Part shown: in pieces, positions 12,778-24,923 of the stretch | Numbering within the stretch: the stretch's first letter is position 1 | Layout: every line of letters starts with the position of its first letter | Source of the DNA: Dendrobates tinctorius | Lineage: Eukaryota | Direction: 5' to 3' | DNA length: 64,000 bases | Assembly (NCBI RefSeq): GCF_039654945.1 | Contig: NW_027361993.1 | Location: 10,416,001 to 10,480,000, forward strand | Notes under the pieces: model-generated | Database searches by the model: none | What the model was told of the DNA's origin: nothing | Seen by the model: only the letters and a program-made list of their open reading frames with translations | Position numbers and translations under genes: made by a program

Positions 12778-14342
12778 CAGTCATGGCCAAAAGTTTTGAG
12801 AATGACACAAATATTATATTTTCACATGATCTGCTGGCCTCTGGTTTTTATGTGTGTTTGTCAGATGTTTTTATCACATACAGAAATATAATTGCAATCA
12901 TATTATGAGTAACAAAAGGTTATATTGACAGTTAGAATGAGTTAATGCAGAAAGTCAATATTTGCAGTGTTGACCCTTCTTCTTCAGGACCTCAGCAATT
13001 CTCCCTGGCATGCTCTCAATCAACTTCTGGATCAAATCCTGACTGATAGCAGTCCATTCTTGCAAAATCAATGCTTTTATTTTGTCTGAATTTGAAGGTT
13101 TTTGTTTGTCCACCCGTCTCTTGATGATTGACCACAAGTTCTCAATGGGATTAAGATCTGGGGAGTTTCCAGGCCATGGTCCCAAAATCTCTATGTTTTG
13201 TTACCTGAGCCATTTAGTTATCACCTTTGCTTTATGGCAAGGTGCTCCATCATGTTGAAAAAGGCATTGTTGATTGCCAAACTGCTCTTGGATGGTTGGG
13301 AGAAGTTGCTCTTGGAGGACATTCTGGTACCATTCTTTATTCATGGCTGTGTTTTTAGGCAAGACTGAGAGAGAGCCCATTCCCTTGGCTGAGAAGCAAC
13401 CTCACACATGAATGGTTTCAGGATGCTTGACAGTTGGCATGAGACAAGACTGGTGGTAGCGCTCACCTGGTCTTCTCCGAATAAGCCGTTTTCCAGATGT
13501 CCCAAACAATCGAAAAGGGGATTCATCAGAGAAAATGACTTTACCCCAGTCCTCAGCAGTCCACTCCCTGTACCTCTTGCAGAATATCAGTCTGTCCATG
13601 ATGTTTTTCCTGGAGAGAAGTGGCTTCTTTGCTGCCCTCCTTGAGACCAGGCCTTGCTTCAAGAGTCTCCGCCTCACAGTGTGTGCAGATGCACTCATAC
13701 CTGCCTGCTGCCATTCCTGAGCAAGCTCTGCACTGCTGGTGGCTGATCCCGCAGCTGAAACACTTTTAAGAGACGGTCCTGGCGCTTGCTGGTCTTTTTG
13801 GGCGCCCTGGAGCCTTTTTGGCAACAAGGGAACCTCTCTCCTTGAAGTTCTTGATGATGCGATAGATTGTTGACTGAGGTGCAATCTTTCTAGCTGCGAT
13901 ACTCTTCCCTGTTAGGCCATTTTTGTGCAGTGCAATGATGACTGCACGTGTTTCTTTAGAGATAACCATGGTTAACAGACGAGAAACAATGATGCCAAGC
14001 ACCAGCCTCCTTTTAAAGTGTCCAGTGGTGTCATTCTTACTTAATCATGACAGATTGATCTCCAGCCCTGTCCTCATCAACACCCACACCTGTGCTAATG
14101 GAGCAATCACTGAAACGATGTTAGCTGGTCCTTTTAAGGCAGGGCTGCAATGATGTTGAAATGTGTTTTGGGGGATAAAGTTCATTTTCTAGGCAAATAT
14201 TGACTTTGCAAGTAATTGCTGTTAAGCTGATCACTCTTTATAACATTCTGGAGTATATGCAAATTGCCATTAGAAAAAATGAAGCAGTAGACTTTGTAAA
14301 AATTAATATTTGTGTCATTCTCAAAACTTTTGGCCATGACTG
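12778..14342 (-). mobile_element. Full-length Tc1 element with disrupted transposase
   Basis: TIR CAGTCATGGCCAAAAGTTTTGAGAATGACACAAATATTA at both ends, TA target duplication; ORF pieces with VIFSDES and [15 protein letters not shown] in different frames. Confidence 0.95.
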
Positions 14343-14520
14343 TAGTGCATAATAGAATTATGTAATAGTTGTGTCCAGTGATCAGGCCATGATGGGAGTT
14401 GTACTATGGTATTATTAAGTAACTGAGTTAACGTTGGGGGTTGCAGTGCTCTCTATATAGTGTATAACAGGGTTGTAAAAAAGATATGTTGGGGGTTGTA
14501 GTATATTAGAGTAATATCTA

Positions 14521-15213
14521 CAATAGCATGTAAAAGTTTGGTCAAAATTAACTGTTATTACGAACAGTTAAGCAAGTTGAAGATGAAATGATCTCTAAAA
14601 GGCCTAAAGTTAAATATGACACATTTCCTTTGTGTTTTAGGCAAAAAATATATATGCATATTTTCATCTTTAACATTTTAAAAATTATAAGAAGGAAAAA
14701 TTTGAACACCCTTGTGAGCTCAGATAACTTTGACCAAGGTTTCAGACCTTATTTAGCCTGTTAGGGTTATGGCTTTTTCACTATCATTGTTAGAAAAGGC
14801 CAGCTGATGTAAATTTCCCAGATTTATGAAAAATCAGCCTCCTCTAATCTTGTTCTTGAAAACTGCAGCCATGGGTTCTTCTAAGCAGCTGCCTAGCACT
14901 CTGAAAATGAAAATGGTGGAGGCCCACAAACCAGGAGAAGGCTATAAGAAGATAGCAAAGTGTATTCAAGTTGCTCTTTCCTCAGTTTGAAATGTAATTA
15001 AGAAATGTCAGTTAACAGGAACAGTGGAGGTCAAGATAAGGTCTGGAAGACCAAGCAAAATTTCAGTGAGAGCTGCTTGTAAGATTGCTAGAGAAGAACC
15101 CCTGCTTGACTGCAAAAGACCTTCAGAAAGATTTAGCAGACTTTGGAGTTGTGCCTCATTGTTCTACTGTTCAGAGACACCTGCACAAGTATGGCCTTCA
15201 TGGAAGAGTCATC
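14521..15213 (+). mobile_element. 5' fragment of a Tc1 element
   Basis: MGSSKQL..GEGYKKIAK and RSGRPSKIS motifs; truncated. Confidence 0.75.
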
Positions 15214-16646
15214 CTAAATACACATCAAAATCCACAATAGACCTCAAAAGGCGCAAAGTTATGTATTACTCTATGTGTAGAGTAATATATAACTGCATTA
15301 TGACCGTGTACAGCTTAATAGAATAGACTGATATAAGGATCCTACCCAGTGGTAAGGTCATATGACGAGCTAAGTCTAATGTCCTTTTAAGTTACCGTAG
15401 ACCTGGTCAGCAGAGTATTAAATCCCATTCACATGCAGCAGATGTCAGGCAAAACATTCAATTCAAGCAAAGATCATCTTCCAAGTCAGACCTGTTCCCA
15501 CAGTTATCTTCCTGCTGCTTCATGAATCCCTCTATTATATTACCGCCCCAGATGTTAGTGTTGTGTCCTCCACGGTTAAATGTGACACACTCCTATTGTC
15601 TGTGCCCTCTATCTAATGCCTGCTGTGTGTGGGAAAGCCTGGACTGCAGGGGGAGGGTGGCGTCTGCCTATCTTCACACTTACTACTGCCTGGGGACAGG
15701 CACTGCAGAGTATGTCATGTATCGATTACTATGTTATATACACTTAATTAATAAATACATTTGTAACAAATAGAAACATTTAATTTCTGCATATATATGA
15801 AAATAAGACTGGGCTAGGGAGCAATGGAGGCATTGTATACTCCACCTAGGCAGGCATGTCTACTCACCCAGTTTTCCATGGAGCCACCCATGTTGCTCAC
15901 AACCAGGGTTACGTTGGAGACATCCATAAAAATTGTATACTTTTTTCCACTGTCCGTTAGAAAGTCTGTACATTTTTTGTAATGATCATTTTACAGTTCA
16001 GTGACTGCGTCTTACAGGTTTAGATCAGTTTTTAAATCTGTAAACATTTATTTCCTATCATTTTTATGTTTCATTATGGCTTTCCAATATATCAGTATAA
16101 AATGTTGTCTGTGATTTTCAGATGAATAGTTCAGAAAAAAGTAAAAACCAAGATGGTAAAGTCCCGGAACATCAGGGTGCAATCGCTATTGTGGCAAAAA
16201 AGATTCGGAGAACGCTGAGAACCTCATCCCTGATGCCTCTTCTGATTACTAGGCTCAGTGCTGTGTCATACACTGACGACCTACGTGGCCAATGGTCCAG
16301 GGTCCTGCAAGTGGCGATGTATGGGGATATCTAGACTAATAGCTTTAGGGCAAGTAAGTGGTCAACTGAACTGCAAATATCCAAATCTCTCCACTCTTAA
16401 GGATAAACGTGAAGGACATTGTCTGTGGCACGTCGTGGCAATTTTTTTTTACAGCTATGCTTTAGGGCTTTTCACTCATCTGTGCAATTCAGTCCAATGT
16501 CAGATCGCAAAACTCCTGACCCGAGAAATATATGAAGCTATATCATGCTCGGGTCGGGTGTCGCGGCCAGTCTGTGCATTGCTATCCAAAATCGGACTGA
16601 ATTGCACGAACGTATGAAATAGCCGTAATCTTGCCTAGTCCCTTAT

Positions 16647-17375
16647 CAGTGGCGGATTATAATGAGGTCAATTTGGGCAGTTGCCCCGGGCCCAGTGGGG
16701 TTAAGGGGCCCACAGCCCAGGCCAGTAAATTGCCCCATTATAATCCGCCACCGCGCAGGGCCGGATTAAAGGCAGGGCAGGCGGGGCTTCAGCCCCGGGG
16801 CCCCCACCACAAGAGCTTCTAAGGGGGCCCCCACCACATTCCTGCTGGCTGCTGCAATGGCACTCCATCTTCTCCCCACCTAAAAGTGAGTGACCGTGGG
16901 GGCGGCATTATGTGCTCTGCTACCAGCAGCATCTACAAGCTCACAGGAGGTAAGGTGTCAGGGCCCCCGATCATGTGACCCCTGTCTCCTCCCCTCCTGT
17001 GACCTCATCACAGGTCCTGTGCGCACAGCACAGAGCACTGAGAGCAGCCATGTATGTGGAGTGCGGCTCTGCGGGTGGAGGTCGGTTCTGGAGGCTCCAT
17101 TATTCTCTATGTAGAGTGTGGCTCTGCGGGTGGAGGTCGGTGCTGGAGGCCCCATTATTCTCTATGTGGAGTGCGGCTCTGCAGGTGGAGGTCGGTGCTG
17201 GAGGCTCCATTATTCTCTATGTGGAGTGCGGCTCTGCGGGTGGAGGTCGGTGCTGGAGGCTCCATTATTCTCTATGTAGAGTGTGGCTCTACGATTCGTG
17301 ACCCCCGTCACGTGACGAGGGGGGCCCACAGAGTCTGAACTGCCCCGGGCCCTGGCTACCCTTAATCCACCCCTG
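16647..17375. mobile_element. hAT-like non-autonomous element carrying a 55-bp tandem repeat
   Basis: 8-bp duplication TCCCTTAT on both sides; ends CAGTGGCGGATTA/TAATCCACCCCTG; internal repeat ~17050-17290. Confidence 0.85.
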
Positions 17376-19244
17376 TCCCTTATATACTATCCTAAAAATA
17401 TAGTGCCCCTAATGAAGCCTCTTAATACTCCCACACAGTTAAATGAACCCTTCATGGCCTTCACAAAGTATGATGCCCCAAAGATACCCCCCACACACAT
17501 TCATTTCCCCCATATTGCCAATCGTACACATAGAATAATGAACCCCCAGTGCCTCCCACAAACAATATGGTGCCTGCCCTTCCCTATTCCCACAAAGAAG
17601 CCATCCACAAAGTATGATGCACCCTCAGTCCTCCTCTACACACAGTCTGATGCCCTCAGTATCCCCACCAGAGTATGATTGCCCCACATCCCCAACTATA
17701 CATATAATATAATTCCCCACAATGCCCCATTCCCACCAGTATGGTACCCCTCCATTCCTCTCTGTACTGTACCTGTTCCCAGCGCAGCAGGCACGATGTA
17801 GCGGCATTATTGTACCTCCTGACCTCCTGTGCTGCGCCTCAGATGGCACAAGTGAATGGTGGCACATGGAGCAGTTGGCTCCCGGCTCCACCACTATGTT
17901 AAGCTGCAAATGCATCCCAAAGACTCAGACAGCATGACATGCCACTTACCTCCTGGGACAATGGGACATACAGGATGACCATACGGCCATCCTTCCATAT
18001 TGGACATTCATGGCATATCCACAAGATATGCCATAACTGGCTGATAGATGCAGGTCCCAGAAGAGCCGTGACCTGCATATACTATATCTCTAAAAATGTC
18101 CCAAGGCTGCCATGAACAGAGAGGTGGCAGACAGTACATGAGCGTCTATTACTACCGGCATGAGATGGGGCACTGTTCTTGAAATGGGTGGCGGTCCCTC
18201 AGGTGTTTCCCACATCCATTAGACCTTATAGTATATCCTGGGAATATTATCCCACTTCTATCCCCTATTGAAATTATATAGGGAAGACAGAGAAGATAGT
18301 TATCTATTGGACACTGATCTTTTCTGTGGGACCAGTCATTGTCTAGAAGCTCAGATTCTCCAACCTAACCAGTCTGAGAGCTAATGGTTTTGTCTCCTTC
18401 CTTTGATATGGAGGTGACATTTGCCACATAGCCTGCTTGGGATAATAGACACACACTTTCACAAGGTGGTGATGCTGGCCTGGTATTGTCAGGACTCCTA
18501 ATAGCACGTCATAAAAGACAGTTTCACAGATACTGGGAACAGATAGATCACAGTCAGGGCGAAAAGGCTGAAAGGAATCCTGTACTTCAGAAGGAGCTAA
18601 GGTGTTTCTTAATGTGATATCAGATCAGATTTTTGTTTCCTGGTAGGAGAAGTTGGGAATAATCTCGCTGTCAACATAGACATCATGATGTCAAGATTGT
18701 TGGGATCCATGTAATGTCTACAGAAGGGTATAATTGGTTCTGATTGTTTTCCCAGCTTTTTGTTAGCAGCACTCTTCATAAATGAGCGTTATTATCAGAA
18801 TCACTGTTTTTACTAGCAGGATGGATTAAATATACAGGATTGCGAAAAATTATGTTTCCCACCACTTCAGTACGTGACATCAGTCGAACATCCATAAATT
18901 GTGATCTGTATTCAGATATTTTGAAAATAGTGAGATATTTGACCATATAGTATATTACAGAGTTGCAGAACATTATATAATGAAAACAATAAAGGGGTTG
19001 TCCATTCTTTTTCTTTAGGAGCGCACCGCCACTTTGCATCCAAGCTTCCTGCTTGCAGGGTGCAGTGCTCTCCCGAACACCAGTTTGGACCTGTGACTTT
19101 GTCATGCCAGTGCACTTTCCCATCTTGGGGTAACTTTGCCTCTGCAGCATTGGAGGAGCACAGGGACAATGAAGTTGGCCAGATTCAGAGTTGCAGGAGA
19201 CTACAAGCATGGCCTCCTTTGCCTAGAAAACTAGCCATCTATAA

Positions 19245-19626
19245 AGGCCCCGTTACATTTAGCAATGCACCAGCGATCGTGACCACGATATGACCTGGTC
19301 AGGATCGCTGATGAATTGCTAAATGGTCGCTAGTGAGCTGCCAAACAGGCAGATCTCACTAGCGACGCAGCAGCCGTCGGCGGTTGCGCTTACCTTTCAG
19401 ATACGGCGAGGGTGATCGTCTTCCGCCTGCGTCCATGGCTCGCTCGTCGGCGTCAGCAGGAAGCCGACGAAGAGAAATGGACCAGGCCGATCTTGCGCGA
19501 TCAGCGATAGCCAGCTGGGGAGCCGGTCGGAGGTAAGTATCACATGTAGCGATATCGCTAGTGATATCGCTGCTGCGTCACAAAATCGGTGACGCTTTAG
19601 CGATATCGCTATGTGTAAAGGGCCCT
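19245..19626. mobile_element. PIF/Harbinger-like MITE
   Basis: TAA-AGGCCCCGTTACA..TGTAAAGGGCCCT-TAA. Confidence 0.7.
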
Positions 19627-20603
19627 TAATACACGGCAGAGGTGGCTGGTAGCCTAGCCAAAGAACTGTACGTTATAAAATAAAAAATCCATCTGTTTTT
19701 GAAAAAGTGGTAAATTGCAAATTTGCTCACTCATTTTAACAACCTTTTTAAGTTTTATTAACATTGAACAAAAACCCTTTGAAGATGTGTTCCCGTGATA
19801 AGTTTTTGGTGAGTTTTTGATGCTTTATTTTCGCTGCATCAATTATCTTGGATTAGAAATCATGGCCACATTTGTATTTGTTCTAGTCCTGGACAACATG
19901 TTTAATAGGATTTGTAGCAAGGACTGCAGCAAATAAATGGGAAGGTGTTTCCCAGCAGACATAATCGGATTCCTGATTGTTTTAAGATAATCATAGATAT
20001 AAGCTTGCTGATAGACATGTTCATCAATTAAAGAACATATGTGATTTGACTCTTGCATGCAGGCAATGAATAAGCGGATGCCTGACAGCTGCAAAGCTTT
20101 GTAGAGCCAATCAATGTCAAAAGTTTAAAAAGCAAAAATACAAAAAGCATTGCTTGAAAATAGGACACTCACAATATTTATAGCAATGAATCCATATTTG
20201 AGGTGCAGAACACAGAATAACTGTAGATATTATAATGTATCCAACAGGACAAATTAGGGAAACTGCAAATAAATAAAATCTGTATAAAACCTTAATCTCA
20301 AAAAAAATAAAAATGCATTCTAGGAGTGATGCATTTAATGCCTCACAAAAAACAATGACATCACATCTAGAATACTTTTGTTTTGTTTATCAGTTAGGTT
20401 TTGATGATTTTTCTGGCACCAAAATATATTTTTTGCTGTGCATCAAAAGAAATAAGATAAATAAAATAAATGTACAAATGCATTAATGTAATCTACAACA
20501 TTTCTTGCCTGATTAGTACTGTCAGGGTCTATGTCATCAACAGGGCCAGATGTTCCCTGACAGTGTCACAGTCTGAGAAAGGGACTAATCTACTGTGCCC
20601 CCT

Positions 20604-20741
20604 GCAATGTGTGTGATTGGATGCAGAGTGTGAGAACCGTGCACAGGACCCTGCTCCACACATCATTTTGCTGAAGGATTGCCCCATATAAAAACCAAAC
20701 CAGCCACTGTCATCTGTTCCCAAACTGACGGCCATGTAAGT
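20604..20741 (+). promoter_or_regulatory. Orphan hes5-type promoter with a very short putative first exon
   Basis: GATTGG, GTGTGAGAA (20628-20636), TCCACACATCATT (20655), TATAAAA (20687) in the same order and spacing as the hes5 promoters; then GCCAT|GTAAGT. Confidence 0.6.
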
Positions 20742-20766
20742 TGTGTGACTTATAAAATGTGAATGT

Positions 20767-20804
<38 letters not shown>

Positions 20805-20811
20805 TATTATA

Positions 20812-23800
20812 TTAATTAAGACTTCAGTCTGCATTGTGATTCCTATAAGTGTGTGCTAGAAGTGTGAAGATTAATTTAAGAATTAAAACCAGAATTGAAC
20901 CAGAAGGGAACTGAAGGTAACTGTACACAGTCACTGTAAACAATGTTTCTGTTTGTTTTCACCCCTATAATCCTTCACTTTCTGCTAATTCCCCTAATCC
21001 CTACTCCTAGTAAGGAACTGTTCATCTCTTCTTCAATCCTCCCCATCCACCTCACCTCCACCTCAAAACTGTTCCTTACCATACAGTCTCCAAACACAGA
21101 CAGCCCCCTCATTCCCTCTCCTGCTCCCACCTGCTAACACTTTCTCTGCTCCTTCTCACTGCTGGTGATATCTCCCCAAATCATGGTCCTCCTCACCACA
21201 TTCCCACAGTCATTTCTACCTCCCATCCACGCTCTATCACAACCTTCCGTAACCTCTCCAACCTTATACCCATTCACCCGGCCCCCGCTTCCCCAGTCCC
21301 ACTAACAGGAGCTCTGTGGAACGCTCGCTCTGTTTGCAACAAGCTTTCCTACATCCATGATCTTTTTGTTACTACCAAACTTTCCTTCCTCGCCATCAAC
21401 GAAACCTGGCTCACCCCTTCTGACACAGCCTCTCCTGCTGCACTTTCATATGGTGGCTTCCACCTTTCTCACACCCCCCGCCCCAGCAGCAAACATGGCG
21501 GAGGAGTTGGTTTTCTCCTTTCAGATACCTGCTCCTTCACCCCAATCTCACTGCCACCCTCTGTTACCCTCCCTTCCTTTGAGGTGCACTCTGTGCGCAT
21601 CTACTCCCCCTCCCACCTCCAACTGGCTGTCATCTACCGCCCCCCAGGGCCAGCCACCACCTTCTTTGACCACTTCACCACCTGGCTACTTCATTTCCTT
21701 TCCGCGGACATCCCTACTATCATCATGGGCGACTTCAACATCCCCATTGACACTTCCCTCTCAGCTGCCACTAAACTCCTATCTCTCACTTCCTCCTTCG
21801 GCCTCACTCAATGGTCTTCTACAGCCACCCACAAAGATGGCCACACACTGGACCTCATCTTCACCCAACTCTGCTCCCTATCTAACCTCTCTAACTCACC
21901 TCTTCCTCTCTCTGACCACAACCTTCTCACATTCTCTTCCCTCTTCACTCCATGTCTACAATCCCCACCCCACAAACTTTCACACCCTTGCAGAAATCTT
22001 AAACACCTTGACCAACACTCGTTCTCTGAATCCCTTCTCCCTCTCACAGATATAAGTTCCTTACACAATGCGGATGACGCTGCCGCTCTATATAACACCA
22101 CAATAGCTGTAGCTTTGGAATCCGCTGCCCCACTTACACATACCAAAGCTCACAAAATCAACAGACAGCCCTGGCACACCAGCCTGACCAAAGTGCTGAG
22201 GCGAGCTTCCAGGGCTGCTGAGCGCAGATGGAAAAGATCCCACTCCAACGAGCACTTCATCGCATTCAAACAGTCCCTCACTACTTTCAAGACCACACTC
22301 GCCACAGCTAAACAAACCTACTTCTCATCTCTCATATCCTCCCTGTCTCACAACCCTAAACAGTTATTCAACACCTTCAATTCTCTCCTCCACCCCCCAG
22401 CACCTCCTCCCTCCCCACTCATCTCAGCTGAAGACTTTGCCTCATTTTTCAAGCAGAAGATTGATAACATCAGAGAAAGTTTTGGTCAACAACCCCCAGA
22501 ACCCTTCCTCCCGACTTCCCAGCCCTCCACCTTCAAAACCAACTTCTCCACCATTACAGAAGATCGACTCTCCACTCTACTCTCAAGATCACATGTCACC
22601 ACCTGTGCACTCGACCCGATCCCATCCCACTTCATACCAAACCTCACCACAGTCTTCATCCCAACCCTAACCCATCTCTTCAACCTATCACTAACAACTG
22701 GTGTTTTCCCCTCAAGCTTTAAACATGCCTCCATCACACCTATCCTCAAAAAGCCCTCTCTTGACCCATCCTCTGTATCTAGCTATCGCCCTATATCACT
22801 TCTCCCCTACGCCTCCAAGCTACTGGAACAACACGTCTACCTTGAACTGTCCTCCCATCTCTCTTCTTGCTCCCTCTTCGACCGCTTACAATCTGGCTTC
22901 CGGTCACAACACTCCACTGAAACTGCCCTTACTAAGGTCACCAATGACCTCTTAACCGCCAAGAGCAAGCGACACTACTCTGTCCTCCTCCTCCTGGACC
23001 TGTCGGCTGCCTTTGACACAGTGGACCATTCCCTATTATTACAGACCCTCTCATCCCTCGGCATCACAGACTTGGCCCTATCCTGGATCTCATCATACCT
23101 AACAGACCGGACATTCAGCGTCTCCCACTCACACACCACCTCCTCACCTCGCCCCCTATCTGTCGGAGTCCCACAAGGTTCAGTCCTTGGGCCCCTGCTG
23201 TTCTCTATTTACACCTTTGGCCTGGGACAGCTCATAGAATCTCATGGCTTTCAGTATCATCTCTACGCTGATGACACACAGATCTACATCTCTGGACCAG
23301 ATATCACCTCCCTACTAACCAGAATCCCTCAATGTCTGTCCACTATTTCATCCTTCTTCTCCGCTAGATTTCTGAAACTCAACATGGACAAAACAGAATT
23401 CATCATCTTTCCCCCATCTCACGTGACCCCCCCTACGAACCTATCAATTACAGTAAATGACTGCCCACTCTCCCCAGTCCCACAAGCTCGCTGCCTCGGA
23501 GTAATCCTTGACGCTAATCTCTCCTTCAAACCACATATCCAAGCCCTTTCCACTTCCTGCCGACTTCAACTCAAAAATATTTCACGAATCCGTTCATTCC
23601 TCACCCAAGAATCTGCAAAAACCCTAGTCCATGCCCTCATCATCTCTTGCCTTGACTACTGCAACCTCCTGCTCTGTGGCCTCCCCTCAAACACTGTCGC
23701 ACCCCTCCAATCTATTCTAAACTCTGCTGCCCGACTAATCCACCTGTCCCCCCCGCTATTCCCCAGCTTCTCCCCTCTGTCAATCCCTTCACTTGCTCCC

Positions 23801-24319
23801 AATTGCCCAGAGACTCCATTACAAAACCCTAACCATGACATACAAAGCAATCCACAACCTGTCTCCTCCATACATCTGTGACCTCGTCTCCCGGTACTTT
23901 CCTGCACGCAACCTCCGAGATCCTCACAAGATCTCCTTCTCTACTCCCCTCTTATCTCCTCTTCCCACAATCGCATACAAAATTTCTCTCGCGCATCACC
24001 CCTACTCTGGAACTCTCTACCACAACATATAAGACTCTCACCTACCATCGAAACCTTCAAAAAGAGCCTGAAGACCCACCTCTTCCAACAAGCCTACAAC
24101 CTGCAGTAACCACCGATCGACCAAACCGCTGCATGACCAGCTCTACCCTCGCCTACTGTATTATCACCCATCCCTTGTAGATTGTGAGCCCTCGCGGGCA
24201 GGGTCCTCTCTCCTCCTGTACCAGTTATGATTTGTATTGTTTAAGATTATTGTACTTGTTTTTATGTATACCGCTCCTCACATGTAAAGCGCCATGGAAT
24301 AAATGGCGCTATAACAATA

Positions 24320-24337
<18 letters not shown>
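20812..24337 (+). mobile_element. L2-type LINE, near-complete ORF2 (APE endonuclease + RT)
   Basis: In-frame [46 protein letters not shown]; frameshifts near both ends; 3' stem-loop GCGCCAT..ATGGCGC and (TAA)n tail. 5' boundary approximate. Confidence 0.93.
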
Positions 24338-24355
<18 letters not shown>

Positions 24356-24668
24356 TATTTATATAGCGCCATTGATTCCATGGTGCTGTACATGGGAAAG
24401 GGTTACATACAAAATACAGATATCACTTACAGTAAACAAACTAACAATGACAGACTGATACAGAGGGGAGAGAGGACCCTGCCCTTTCGGGCTTACATGC
24501 TACAGAATGGTGAGGAAGGAGACAGTAGGTTGGGGGGTTGCAGCAGCTCCAGTGATGGTGAGGCGGTAGCTCCAGTAGTGGTGAGTGGCAGCAGGGTCAT
24601 TGCAGGCTGTAGGCTATCCTGAAGAGGTGGGTTTTCAGGTTCCGTCTGAAAGATCCGAAAGTGGTTGA
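24338..24668 (-). mobile_element. L2 3' fragment, tail-to-tail with the previous element
   Basis: (ATT)n followed by the reverse complement of an L2 3' end. Confidence 0.8.
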
Positions 24669-24706
24669 TATCTATCTACCTATTATCTATTGCTCTATTA
24701 TTTATC

Positions 24707-24923
24707 NNNNNNNNNNNNNNNNNNNNNNNNNNNNNNNNNNNNNNNNNNNNNNNNNNNNNNNNNNNNNNNNNNNNNNNNNNNNNNNNNNNNNNNNNNNNNN
24801 NNNNNNNNNNNNNNNNNNNNNNNNNNNNNNNNNNNNNNNNNNNNNNNNNNNNNNNNNNNNNNNNNNNNNNNNNNNNNNNNNNNNNNNNNNNNNNNNNNNN
24901 NNNNNNNNNNNNNNNNNNNNNNN
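24707..24923. other. Assembly gap
   Basis: 217 N. Confidence 1.

Noticed and set aside
18776-19293. ORFs and an acceptor-like site near 19018
   Set aside because: No frame gives a recognisable protein.
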